Shown here in pieces: positions 12,727 through 25,472 of a stretch of DNA of 64,000 nt. Source of the stretch: Cyanophora paradoxa CCMP329. Lineage: Eukaryota; Plantae; Glaucophyta. Position numbers and translations under genes: made by a program. The DNA lies in assembly GCA_004431415.1 (NCBI GenBank), contig QPMI01000527.1, positions 124,001-188,000 on the forward strand, written 5' to 3'. A model generated the notes under the pieces. That model made no database searches and was not told the DNA's origin. It was given only the letters and a program-made list of their open reading frames with translations. Numbering within the stretch: the stretch's first letter is position 1; the number at the start of each line of letters is the position of its first letter.

Positions 12727-14079
12727 GACCCTGCTTCACGATCACGACGGCTGGCCGCCGGGCAGCTCGGCCTCCTCGATAGTGCACGCACAGCGCAGCC
12801 AGCACTGCTCGCATCCAGCAGATCTAGGACACCTAGGCCTGACGAGACAGCGTGTTTTGATTCCCGTCTAGCAGTTTTCGCATCTAATGATCGTCCCGAT
12901 TTGGTTAGTCGTTCATCTAATTCACGGTTGCCATCATCTCTAGGTTTGCACGTTTATATAATTAGATTCATGACCGTCGGACAGCGCAGCGAGCTGTGTT
13001 TCGATCCACGGCCAACTGTCACGTAAACGTAGTATTGCGGTTTATAAAATCGAACCTCTGACTCGCATCCAGTTATCAATTTTATATATGCATGTAGGTG
13101 TTGCATCATCAACTGGCTGCATGATCAAATTAAAAGAACCTCTAGATCTGACTCGACATGTAGGCTCATGATCATCTCTCGTCATCATGCATGTAGGTGC
13201 TGAAAGTACCGATTTTGTGCTTTTTCTTGAACGCGAAGTAGATGCAATAGATGCACGAGTGCTGTGCATCTTGGTGTGTGCTCGCCGAGTCGGAAGGCCC
13301 TGAGGTGTAGGCAGTGATCGATATCTGGAACTTCGGGATCTTGGGAATGCATTGCAATTAATATTAATATTGATATTGCAATTGCGCATTTTTTTTTTGG
13401 TGAATTACCGGCCACAGTCTCTAGACACCAGCACTGCGGGGGCTGCCCAGGGGGCCTAAAGACAAAAAAGCAAAATAACTAAGACAAGAGCACGAAGAAA
13501 GATAAGACAAAGAGCCAAAATCGACAATAAAAAAGAAAAGACACAGAGCTCGAGACAGATCGAGAAGAGACGAGAAATCGAGCAGATCTAGGGACAGAGG
13601 ATGACTGACACGAAGAAGAGCCAGAGCTAGAGATACCATCAATTGCAATATCGGAAGGAATTACATCACTAAGAAGCGGAGGACAAATTTGAGAAAGATA
13701 AATAACAGGAAGCAGACAAGTAAGAGGAACAACAAGACGACGCGGAGGCGGAGGCGAAGCAGGACGACGCGAAAGGGCAGAGCTACGGCACAAGGTCGAG
13801 GAGGACACAGGAGGCGGAGCAGGCGGATCAAGAGCAGGCAAAAGGACAGTCAAAGGAATCACTAAAGCCGACCGGGGTCGAGACGGGCAGTCGAACTGCA
13901 AACGACGGCGAACAACAGGTCGAGCACGAGGACTATAGCTAGTATTGAAACTAACTCTAGCATCAACACTACGATCAGAATCCGAACTAGACCGAACTAA
14001 ACTATAAGGCGAAGTACGCCGGCGCCGGCGGGATACGACCAGCGAAGCAGAAGACGAAGGCAAAGGCGGCGGTCCGGTA

Positions 14080-17000
14080 TCAAGAACAAAGGCCGGAGGG
14101 TCCGGCCCGGCAAACCGCCGGAGGGAAGTAGAAGGAGACGTAGGCTCGGCAAGCCGGCGACGGGTACGACCACGAGTCCGGGAGGAGATCGGGGAAGCCG
14201 GTCCCGGAGCTGAGGGCCCAGGAGCAGAGCCAGGAGAAGGTAAGCCCGGCGAGAAATCTGACCCGGAGCCGGAACCCAGCGAACGACGACGACGAAGAGG
14301 CCCCGAGGAGCCACGATGGGGGAGCTACCGAGCAAAGTACTGACAGCCGGCGCCGAACACGGCGGCGGAGGTACCCCACAGACAGTGGCAGGCGGAGAGT
14401 CCAGGGTCGATCGAGAGATCCGCCGACGGGAACGCGGCGGAGGCCTACGAGGCGGAAGAGGCGAGGAGGGAGCCGAGGAAGGGTCGGATCCGGAGGCAGG
14501 GGAAGGGCCGCGAGCAGGTGACGGGGATCGCTGCCGGCGCCGAAGAGAGGGCAGCGAAGCAGGAGAAAGGTCAGGTGGCGCCGGATCAGATGACACGGGG
14601 TCATGGGCGGCGCAGAGAGAGACGAGCTCGAGGGCGCAAGGGCCCGACGAGGGCGCCGGCGGCGAATCTCACGAGCGCCAGGAAGCGGGATAGGACCCGC
14701 AGATGGGACCCGAGGCGCCGAAGGGGGAGCAGGGAGCCGGAATGACGGGGAGACCGAAAAGAGGACAGTCTCGCCAACACTCGGAAGCGGGGCAGAGGCC
14801 GAGGACCCGGAGCTCGAGGGGGGGAGGGAGGGCGGAGGAGGAGAGAGAAGGCGGCTATTCGAAGGGTATGGAGAATCGAGAGCGGAGGCGAGGGAGGCCG
14901 AAGTGATGGCGAGCTCTGGAGGCGAGGGGGCCTGCAAGCGGACCCGGGAAAGTGGATGCAGACGCAAAGAGACCGGGGACGTAGTGGCGGGAGGGGCATG
15001 CAAAAAGATAGTGCCGCCCGGCGTCACAGTTGCAGAAGCGGGGGCAAGAAGGATGGGCTGAAGAGGGGGCTGAACCAGGAGGACGTCAGAAAGAGGGCCA
15101 CGCGGGGGCGGAAGTGGAGGAGCAAGGGGAAGAGGTAAGAAGGGGTACGGAGCTGCAAGATGACCAGGGACCTGCCGGGGAACAGGCAAGTGAAGAGGCC
15201 CCGTGACAGCAAGTTGTAAGGAGGGAGGAGGTAGAGGCGGGGCCAGCGGGCCAAGGAGCACAGGGATCGGGACCGCAGGGAATGGGGGAAAAGGAGCGTC
15301 GAGAGGGGCAGCGAGAGCAGGAATAGGAACGGGCCCAAGGGTCACTACAGGGGCCAGAGCAGGAGGGGACGGCGCAGGAGGCGGGCGACCACCAGGGATC
15401 CCCAACGGGACATTCCCACGAACGGCGAACTCCGCAGGATTCCGGAGGACAGAATCGATGTCACGCGAAGAGACGAGGTTGTCAGCACCGCCCGAAGAAG
15501 GAGGGTCGGGCGAGTCAGAATCAGAGCTTGAACTAGAATGATGAGAACCGGCACCAGACTCAGCATCCGAGGCATCCTGATCATCAGCGTCAGCAACAGC
15601 CAAGCGAGCGCGCCGCTCCTCCAACAAGGCCGAAGCCTGCGGAAGAGTGAACTCTAGGTACGACATATTTCTGTCCCAGGCGGCAACAAGCGCGGCGCGG
15701 TTGTAAGAAGGTGCATCAATGTCAACCTCCTCAAGATCGCACCGAGCGCGAGCAACCTGTTGGATGGAAAATACGCCAGCAAGGATCGCTCCAAGTGAGC
15801 GAAGGCAGAAGGCGGGGTTAACTTTACTGCGCAAAATGGGCCCAGATAAATCCGGAACCGAGAGGATGTGGAAGAGAGAGAGGTCAGGCACTGCGACCTC
15901 TTCACGCTCCTCCGGTGGAAGAGTAGAAGCCCAGAAATTCAGGCGCTCACGAATGAAATCCCAGAACGAACGAGAAAGCGGGCACTCAGAGAAAACGTGC
16001 GCGTGAGAGCGAGCAGATCCGTCATTACAAACCCGACAGAAACGACGGCGAGGCGACTGTTGTTCGCCCAAACGATACAATTTGAAATGCAAACGGTAAA
16101 GAGCATCGATCCAAAGCATCGGGAAACACTGAAGGACGACAAGATGAGGAAGACGGGACGGAGACAAGGCGCCGGGAAACCCCCACTTAGCATCGGGCAT
16201 CTGAGCGTGGCTGGACACATCGCGAAGCCGCTGGACCTCAAGGCAGTAGAAGCGACGAACAGATGAGAGGCGGAGAGGGAGCATACGAGCAAATGTGAAC
16301 GCAAGATTATCAAGAGAAAGAAAGGCAGAGGGGCCTGCTCCTAGAATAAAAAGACCGGGCAGGGTTCCGCGACGTAGAGAGAGAAAGACAGCGCTAAAGC
16401 AAACGTGCAGCGGAAGCAAACGAGACAGAATTGAATTAGAGGATAGGCCCACAGGGTGGGAAGCCGCAGGGCGGCAAGGAACACGCGGCACGTAATCCAG
16501 CACCCGTGGAATTATCTGGTTATCGCGAACGGGGAAGGCGACAAGAGTACCGCTCGGGCCCCGAAGGAGAGCAACCGAGGCGTCCGGTCCAGACCACCAG
16601 AGATGCTGAGGTGGCGGGGCAGGGGCCTCAAGGACCTGGCGCCATGCTGCCGGGAGCGCGGAGCACAGACGAGGGAAAAAGGAATGGAGGGCGGACGAGG
16701 CAGCTGCTGGAGCCCGAAACCCCCGGGTGGTACAATCCCAGATATCGCAGACTCGCAGCAAGCCAGACCGTGCACAACGACTCCAGTCGACCTTGGCACC
16801 CGGAGCATCGAACAGGGGATTAAAGAAAAGAGGTTGGGATAAAACTTCGAGCGAGGTATGAGGCTGACACACGCCCTGGCGCTGAGACCACTCCGAGAAA
16901 GCCTGCTTCCAAATAGAAGGCAAGTCAAGACCGTCAAGTGGGAGACGAAGCGAGATAAGGGCGGGGCCGTAGGAAAAGGGCGCCAGCTGAGCGTCCAGTT

Positions 17001-19824
17001 TGCTCAAGAGGTACTCCTTCCAAGGAGCCGAGCAGGACGGGTCGGCCAACAAGGCCACCCACTTCATTTTTAGCGACAGAGAAAAAGCACGAATATCAGG
17101 GCAGTTAAGACCACCTTGACGCCACGGCAGAGGAGAAATATACTTCGAAAGTTGCCCGCTCACGCCGGCGAAAGAACGAAGCTTGTCTTGCCACGCAGAA
17201 TACTGGGCATCAGGGGGGTCAAGCAAATACAGAGCATAATGAAGGGATCCAATAAAGACTGTCCATGCAAGAAGCACGCCGGAGCGCATCGGCATGTGAT
17301 AGGTTTTCGCTTGCTGCACACGGATATCAAGAGCAGCATTTTTCTTACGCCAGAAGCGAGACAGATCGGGCTCAAGCGGAAAGCCCAGGTACTTGCGGAT
17401 TTTCTCAGCGGGAGGGAGATCCGTCACCTGGAGGCGCCGCCAGGGACAGTCCTCGACGCTAGGCCACGCGTCCGCAGGAATATCGCGGAGCGGAAGAAGG
17501 TTAGATTTGTCGAGATTAATAAGGGCGCCAGACAGCCGGCAATATTTATCAAAGCACTCTTTCCAAAAGGGTAGCTCGGCAAAAGAAGAGATTAAAGGAA
17601 CAGTATCGTCCGCGAACTGGAGTACCTTACATAGGGAGTTAGGAGAAAGGCGGACACCACGTATACGCACGTCAGCATTAATCAAAAGGGCTAAAAGGTG
17701 CGTGCACAAATTATACAAATAGGGAGATAGCTATAGGGGGCCACCCTGACGCACTCCGCATCGAATGGGGAAAGGGGCCGAGGTCCAGCCGTTAATGTGA
17801 ACAGAACCCTGCAGATCAGAGTAAAGTAAGCGAACCCACTTGATAAACTGAGATCCGAAGCCGAACTGTTCAAGCGACCAAAAAAGGAAGCTCCAGTTAA
17901 CGCGGTCATAAGCTTTTGAAAAATCGAGAAATCCGAAGCAAAGTTGTTCAAGCTCAGGATTACCGCCCTCGTAATGCATTAATAGATAAACGAGCATGAC
18001 CTGGTGCACTGCGGAGCGACGATGAATAAAGCCGGATTGAAAGCGGGATACAAGGCCAGGCATGAGTGGTGTTAAACGGTTGGAAAGGGCGCGTTCAACT
18101 GCACGCTCCTCAACATTAGATAGAGAGATTGGGCGGCGATTCGCAATCAAAGTAGGGTCCGTTGACGGCTTCGTTATAGGAGTAATAAGGACGTGCCGCA
18201 AGGACTCAGAAGCCTGACCGGACTCATACATAGCACTGAGATAAGCACAGAAGTCGGGGCCAATCTCATCAAAAAAGCGAACGTAAAATTCAGCAGGGAG
18301 GCCATCGACGCCAGGAGACTTGGCGCCGCCAGACATCTCCTTAAAAGCGCGAAGCAGCTCTCCAGGCGATAGGTCAGAGTCAAGATCCGCAGACTCAGTA
18401 GGGAGCAGGCGGTGGGGGGAATAGAGAGGGGCAACGCCAGTCCGCTCAGCCAGCGACTGATCAACCGCGGCCTGAGCTGCGGCACCGTCATATAGATGAG
18501 CGTAATAGGCAGAAGAAATCTCAAGCAAAGTACAGGGGTCGTCCGACGCGGCCTCCGGGCCTTCGGAGTCCGGGGCCCGAAGCCCTTCGGTAAACCGTGC
18601 ATGCGAATCCGGCAAATAGTGTTCAAAAAAGGCTTTACTAGATCGACCATCTTGCGCCGCGGCGAAACGAATTTCGTTGCGCGAATGTTGTCTGGCATAG
18701 TCAGACACAAGCGAATTTAACGTACGCATCATGGAGGTGCGCAGTGAGCGGAAAGCGATATCGTTAATAGAACCAGCGGCGTGGCGACGGATGAGAGCTT
18801 CGAGAGCTCGAACAGAAGAGACGTAGGCGTCCTTCTGCCTGCGCTTCTCATCAAGCTCCCAGGCCCGTACGCGACGCTGGAGCTCTGATTTGAGGGCGTC
18901 CCATCGGCGGACGCGATCAGTAACCAAGGGCCACTCAGCACGCCAGTCACGAATTACAGCAGAAATGAGATCAGCATACTCAGGCCGTTTGCCATACGCC
19001 GCCCAGTTCATGCGCCAGCGACCGGGGCCGCGGCGCGAAATCCCTGGAGCTTTAAGCGTGAGAAAAATGCCAATATGATCAGAATTGCGCGGCTCGCCGA
19101 CAGCAGAATAAGCCGTCCACGGACGTAGCGAGACGGCCCAATCGCGGAGGGAGGACGAGAGGAAAAAATAATCGAGACGGGACTCAATCGATCCCCCATC
19201 CGGCCGCGGCCGGCTCCAAGTTTTAAAACAAGCTCTAGCGCGAGGCCCGGCGTCAAAAAGGCCATAACGAGCCCGGATCAACTCGAAGGCATCAGGGGGA
19301 AGGGTTCCGCGACTAGGGCCAGGAGCATCGGAGGGCAGCTCGTGGAAATTTAAATCTCCTCCTAAAATGAGACGGCCATCGAAGGGAACCACGGATTCAA
19401 GAGTATATAGAAGAGTGTCATAGAAGCCGCGACGCTCGGAATCATCAGTAGGAGCATATACATTGCACAAATAAATGGGACCGAATTTGGTCTCGAATAA
19501 GAAAAGCTGCAGTCGAGGACTATCAACCGGAGTCAACAGTCGAATCGAAAAAGGGGAATCGCCAGGAAAGAGAGTGGCGACCCCCTGAGTAGCTTGACCG
19601 CTAGGGTTATGAGACCAAAACGAAGGGGTCGATCCCCAAGCACGCGCAAGGCGTTTAGATAGAGAAGGAGAAGAAACATGAGTCTCCTGCAAGCACACAA
19701 CCGAATGCCTCGCGCTGTCGCGGAGGCAATCAAAAAGAAAAGAGCGATAAGATTTACCTAACACATCATTAAAAGCTCGATCTAATTTGCCTGCTACGTT
19801 GAGAGAAAGAAATCTAAACGTCAT
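14080..19824 (-). pseudogene. LINE A ORF2: AP-endonuclease, reverse transcriptase, CCHC zinc finger and long Pro/Ser tail; interrupted by an in-frame TAG at 17731-17733
   Basis: APE motifs SLNVAG, CLQETH, NVYAP, GGDLN, SRLDYFF, SDH. RT motifs KSPGVDG, RPISL, DFSKAYDRV, GVRQGGPL*LSPY, QFADD, KYLG. Finger CRVC..HVFSECP. The tail continues in shifted frames to ~13479. Confidence 0.92.
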
Positions 19825-20392
19825 TTACGGGGGGTGGTGCAGCTCGAGGGCCCGAGCCCGGGAGCTGGAGGAGAAAACGAGGGTCGGGGACGAGGGGAGG
19901 GCCGAAGGAGGAGCCCCGCCGCGAAACGCAGCGGGAATCGACAGGGGCCCGGAGCACCTCACACCTGCCCCGAGGTGGACGCAGCGGCAGTCTGCACGAT
20001 CGAGAAAGAGGAGAATGAGCTCGAGAAGCGGATCGATTGCGAGTGGCGGCCTATGAGGCCGGAAAGACCCAGGGGGCCATCTATAGCTAAAAGTGCTGAA
20101 GCGAACCTGCAGAGCGAGCTGCAGGTCTTCCGCCCACGGAAAGACGATGTCGAAGTTGAGGGGGTCGTTCGCCTTGGGCACGATGGCACTGGGGCCGGTC
20201 TGGTCGGTCCAGTTCGGGCCGCTGTAATGCTCGACGGACTGCGACTGGCCGTTGACTGTGACGCCCTTGCGCGTATGCGGGGCGTGCTCGGAGTGCTGCG
20301 CGCTGTTGCAGCCCCTCCGATTGCAGAACGCCCAGCTGCCGCTGACCTGAACGATCTCGTTGCCGAACTGATGAGAGAAGGGCAGGCGAGCC
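19825..20392 (-). CDS. LINE A ORF1, C-terminal part
   Basis: Open frame from the element's 5' end to a TAA that abuts the ORF2 ATG. Contains a Cys/His cluster CNRRGCNSAQHSEH (knuckle-like). Confidence 0.6.
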
Positions 20393-20801
20393 TGCAATTG
20401 CGCATGCGCATGAGCGTCGCGATCGGATATGGCCCTGTACCCGCGCGGCCTGCAGCTGCATGCGCAAGGCACGCGCGCGTACGGGCCCATACACAAGCAT
20501 GCCGGGGATATAACCTCTACCCCGCCTGGCGACTTGCGCTGCCGCCCGCCGCACCTCCGCCCCGCCCGGCGAGCCGCGCCTCCGCGCCTCCGCCACGCCC
20601 ATCGAGCCGCGCCGCCGGCAAGCCGCGCCGCCCGCCGCGCCTCCGTCCCGCACGGTCGTGCGCGCCGCCCGACGCGGCCCCGAGGCCTCACGGCCCTCTC
20701 GCCGCGCGCCTCGGCCGAGCCGGCCCCACGCGTCCTCGCCGCCCGCCACGCCTCCGCCCCGCCGGGCCGCCTCGCGCGCTTCACAAGTCTTGCAGCCGCC
20801 C

Positions 20802-22672
20802 TCACGCGTCCTCGCCGCGGATCGTGCGGCGGAGCTGCGGTCGCCCGCCCCGCCGGTTAGGGGAGGACGGGGATCGAGCCCGTCGGCGGGCAGAGGGGCG
20901 GGAGCAACAGAATACCCCACGGGCGGATGCGGCGGGCTCCGTCAGGCGCTGTCCGCGGGGGAGTGAAGCGTGCCTTGGGTTGGACGGTCGTGCGGCTGCG
21001 GCGGGTCGCCATGAGAGTGGCCCCCTCAAAGGCCTGGATGAGGTGCATCTCAGCCAGCGCAGGTCCATCTGCCAGCGCAGGTCCTCGCACGTGAAGCCGG
21101 CCTCGCGCCAGCTCCTTGACCTGCGGCCCGCGCGCCCCCGTCGGCCTCGCCTCCCGCGCCTCCCGCGCGGCCGCCCCGGGCGGGCGCCAGGCGCACCAGG
21201 CGACCAAAGGAGCGCGTAGACGATGAGGGGACTGAAGGTCTTCCGGCAGGGGACTGAAGGGACCGGCGCAGGGGGTCTTCCCGCCCCGCGCGGCCGCCCA
21301 GGGCGGGCGCACCAGGCGAACAAAGGGCGCGTAGGCGAGCGAGGGGGGGATCGAAGGTCTTCTGGTGCCTGCGGATCCGAGGGAGCGCGGGACCCGGTCG
21401 GGGACAAGGGGGACGAGGACAGGCGCTCATTGCCTCGAGAGAGGGCGGCGGGGCGGACCTCGCGGAGGGCGACCGTCCGTCCCTCGGCCCCGGCACGGCG
21501 CATGCGGCGCTCAGTCGCGGAGCCGGCGAGGCCCAGCGGGGAAATCGGGGCGGCGCACCGAGGCGGTACCTGCGGGCGGGCGCGCGGGGCGTGCGGAGGT
21601 AAGGCGGTGGCCCAGTGGGGGAGAGAGCGGGGGCGGGGGGGCGATCTCGCGCTTCCGGTGCACCTGTGCGGCCTCTTGACGCCCCCGGCGGGGCCCGGCG
21701 GGGGGGATCTGGGGGGGATCTGGGGGGGGTCTGCGGGCGGGCGCGCGGGGCGTGCGGAGATAAGGCGGTGGGGGAGAGAGAGGGGGCGGGGGAACGGCCT
21801 CTTGACGCCCCCGGCGGCGGGGGCGCTCTTCCGCGCGGCCTTGGTCGCCAGGCGCCTCTTCAGTGCCTCGCCCCCAGTCGACCTCGTTGCCGTCTGCTGC
21901 TGGCGCCGCTCCCGACCTCGCCTGCGGGAGCCTGTGTTTCAGCGTCGGCCGGCGGGGGGAAGGGACGGGAGGGGGGTCGCGCGAAGCGCCTCACCGAGGA
22001 GCGGCGAGGGGGGGAGGAGGGCGATTCGGGGGTAGAAAAGAAGGGGCGGGGGCGCCGAGGGCAGGCCCGGGGCGTCCCCACCCCCCGGGGACGAAGCGGG
22101 AGGGAGGCGGGCGGCCGGAGAGCGGCGCGGCACGCCTCCGCGACCCGACCCCTCGGATCCTCCAGGCGATCGTCCCCTCTCGCGAGCGTCGGATCGACGA
22201 CGGCCTGCAGGCCGGGTGAGGAAAATCAAACAATCCGCCCTAGCGGCCCGCGGGCGCACCGGCCGACGGCGGGACCTCGTCCGGCCGATCAGGCTCGTCT
22301 TCCCGGTTCGTTTAAAAAGAAGCTCGAGCCGAAGTGGCGCCCTTAGGGGGGGTACGTGCACACCAGCGCCGCACCTCACCTTCGAATCACGACCCCGTTG
22401 TCGCTTCCCCCCACCAAATCGACCCCCGGGAAATCGATTGGCGGGGTCGGCGGGGGGCGTAGAGGGGGTACTGGAGCGCCAGGGAGGGGTCGGGGGGTCG
22501 ATGGCGGCGGAACCTGGCCAAACCCGAGTCAACCGCAGCCTATGGCTGTTGGGAGACGATGGGGAGGGGTGTGGGCGCACTCTGCCGCTCCGGCGCCGAG
22601 CGAGATGCGTTCGAACGGCCCCGGGTCGCTGCCGCGCGGCTTCTGCCGACCGTAGCGCGCGCCAGAGGCCAT
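20802..22672 (-). pseudogene. Divergent histone H3-family gene (H3-like tail, CenH3-like fold, N-terminal extension), degenerate copy 1
   Basis: Minus-strand exons translate to QTATRSTGGEALKRRLATKAARKSAPAAGGVKRP, TVALRE, IRRHQKTF..YAPFVRL, VKELAR..EDLRWQ, AEMHLIQAFEGATLMATRRSRTTVQPK and LRRTIRGEDA*, collinear with H3. Indels and damaged splice sites are present. Putative ATG at 22672. Confidence 0.8.
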
Positions 22673-23094
22673 CTGCGCACACTACGATCGTACGGAGAGC
22701 GTTTTCCCGCGCGGGGCGGGCGGGAACTCGGTGCGTTCGCAGGACGAGCCGGCGACCGCGCGGCGGCTCGAGGAGCGAGCGGCGAGCGCGGACCGATCGG
22801 GCATAGAGCGAGAGCCGAAAAGGCCACTAGAACCGCAAAGGCCCGATCCGCCAGGCGTGCGACGCGACGACCATTTGCCGGGGCCTGTGACGAAGAGCCC
22901 ACGCTCAGCTTTTCATCAAGCGAAGAGTGCGAGCGGCGCACCTGCGACGGCGTCTGGCTGCGTTCTGTAGGACCAGGAATGCTGGTCGCCTCTCAAGGCT
23001 CAAGGCTCAAGGTTCAAGCCTTAAGCCAAATTGGGGGTACAAGGACTCAAAGGCGCGCGGGCTCTGCTGCATGGCTACAAAGCTTCCGTGAACG

Positions 23095-25274
23095 ATGTCG
23101 TTCCCCTCGCGGAAGGAGAATCGGGCCCGCTTTGAACAGCCGGCGGCGGCCGCGGCAGGCGAAGCGCCTGCAGCCGCGCAACTTGCGGGCGTGTTCGATG
23201 CCCTCCCGACACGGTGGCGAGCAACGCGTTCGAGTCGCTCGGGCCGCGTGCGATGTGGCCCCTGCGCGGCGTGTGCAGGTCCGCCCCCGCGCTCCTCGTC
23301 GAATTCGTTGCTGAGGCCGCCGGGTCGCAGGCGTTGGCGGCGGGTGATCGAGGAGACGGACTGGTCGAGCATTGAGCTGCGGACGGACGAGGAAAAGTCG
23401 GCTGGCTCGGCGCCGTCGAGACACGGCGTCGCCACGGCGCTCGTGGAGGAGCGGAAGCTACGGCTCGGCGACGGCGCGAGCGTCTCGTTCGGGGCCGGCG
23501 GCGAGAGGTGGATGCGGCCTGCGGGCTCCTCGCGTCCCTCGTCCGCAGCGGCGGCGGCGGCGGCGGCGGCGGAGCGGCGCCGGCGCAGCCGCGGGAGGTG
23601 GTTTTCGGCGTCCTCGGATCCGAGGACGGGGACGAGGAAGACGGCTGCGGCGAGGACTTCCTGAGGCGCTTCGTGCTCGGAGCGCTGCGGGCGCTGCGGC
23701 CGCCGGGGGGCGCCCCCAGCCTCCTCGAGGGGCTCCTCCTTTGCCTCAAGAATCGGGTCGCCGCTGGACTACGCCGGATGGAGATACGGCCGCCGAGCTG
23801 CGGGCCGCCCTCTCTCCGTTCGGCGAGCTCCGCTCCCTGACGCTCTGCTTCTGAGCCCGCGACAGCGGAGTCCCGCCGGAGGCCGCGGCCGCCGCCGCCG
23901 CCGCCTGCCCGCTCCTCCGCTCCCTGAGCTTCCGCCCCGACCTCGCTTCGGAGTCGGCGGCGCTGGCGGCGCTCGCGCCCCTCGCGCGCCTCGAGCGGCC
24001 CGCGCCGCTCTTCGGCGCCGCGCGCGCGGACCACTGCCTCGCGGGAGACGCCTCCTGGGGCGGCCTCGGGGCGATCGCGGAGGGCCCCGCCGGCAGGAGC
24101 CTCCGCAGCCTCTGCAGCTGCCTCCTCGACGAGACGAGGAGCTGGCCCGCTGGTGCGCGGCCCTCTCACTCTCGCTCCCTCCGATCCGCCTCCTCTTCTT
24201 CTTCTTGAAGGCCTTCCCTCAGGTCGGATGCCTTCCCGAGGCCCTCGGGCATCGTTGCCCCCCGCTTCTGCCACTTCAGGAGAGCGGAGCCCTCCGAGGC
24301 GGCCGTCCGCGCGCTGGCGCGCCTGCCGAGGCTGGAGCGACGGGAGCCGCTGGGGGTGCGAACGCGACCCCGGGCCCGCCCGCGCCCGCGCCCGCGCCCG
24401 CCTGGCCTCACCGCCCTCCGGCTCGCAGCTGATTCTGAACGAACCGCGTGTCGCCGGGGACCGCCCGCGCCCTCGGCGGCGCCGCGCGCCTGCGCGGGCT
24501 CCGCCTCCGCCTCGAGGACGGCGGCCTCGCCGCGGGCGCGGCGCCCTCGGCGCCGTCGGCGGGGCGCTCCCGGCCCCGCCCTGCCCCTCCAGCCTCACGG
24601 TCGAGCTCTACGGTACGCCCGCCCGCTGCGCCGGATCGGATCTGATCTGATCTGATCTGATCCGTCTGATCTGACCCCCTTCGCGCAGCTACGAGCACGA
24701 GCCCGAGGGACGTCGCTGCCCTTCTCTCCGGCGCCGGCGCCCGGCGCCCGGCGGGCCCTCGCCGAGCTCGACGCGGTCCTCCGGCGGCCCCTCTCCGGGG
24801 CCGAGGCGGGGGCGCTCGCCGCCCTCCCCGGGGGCCCTCCGCCGCCTCCTCCTCTCCGCTCAGCTCGAGCCCAGCGCCGCCCTCCGGCCCTACGAGGTGC
24901 CCCGAACCCGCCCCGCCCGACCAGCCCCGCCCCTCTCGCCCCCCCACCCGCCCCGCCCCCCCCCCCCCCCCCCCCGCCCGCCCGCCCTCTCGCCCCCGCC
25001 ACCCCGCCCCGCCCCGCCCCGCCCCGCCCCTCCCGCCCCCCAACAGATCCTGGCGCGCCTGGGTCCCGAGGCCTCCATCGAAGTCGACCTCGCGCTCGCG
25101 GGCGGCGCTCTGCCGCGGGCGGGGCTCGCGGGGCCGCGGGCCCTACCCCTGACCGTCCCGCTACCGCTCCCCCCACCAGGCCAACTCGCGGGCCGCCGGC
25201 CGCGGTCGACGCGCTCCTCGAGGGGCGCCGGCCCTACCCTGACCGCCTCGCTACCTCTTCCCCCCCTCCCCTAG
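23095..25274 (+). pseudogene. F-box / LRR-like gene, degenerate copy 1
   Basis: FDALP..LGPRAMWPLRGVCR|RWRRVI F-box-like motif split by an intron, then LRSL-type repeats (ACPLLRSLSF, GPAGRSLRSL). Frameshifts and stops; ends in a poly-C tract. Confidence 0.6.
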
Positions 25275-25472
25275 GCCTCCTTTCCCCCCCCTCCCCCTCC
25301 TCGCGCTATCTTCCCCTTCCCTCGCTACCTCCCCCGCTTCCCCGCAACCCCCCCCCCCTCCCCCCCCCGTTTCCCCCAAGCCTCTCACTCCCAGCCCGCC
25401 CCCGCCCCCGCCCCGCGGCGGCCGCGTACCCCCCCTCCCCCCCCTTTTCCCCCAAGCCTCCCGCCCCCGCCA

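Larger units (their letters stand above)
13389..20392 (-). mobile_element. Non-LTR retrotransposon, L1/Tx1-like, family A; 5'-truncated within ORF1
   Basis: Poly(T) on + at 13389. TSD TGCAATTGCGCA at 13377-13388 and 20393-20404. The empty site is visible in the paralogous block at ~50158. Encodes APE endonuclease, RT and CCHC finger. Confidence 0.95.

Noticed and set aside
17731-17733. Programmed stop readthrough or pyrrolysine-type recoding in the LINE RT
   Set aside because: The stop comes with two extra codons inside a conserved motif and has the exact scar form, so it is an insertion.
20802-22672. Calling the H3-like loci functional canonical H3 or bona fide CENH3
   Set aside because: Both copies have frameshifts, stops or broken splice sites and mixed diagnostic features, so no gene symbol was assigned.
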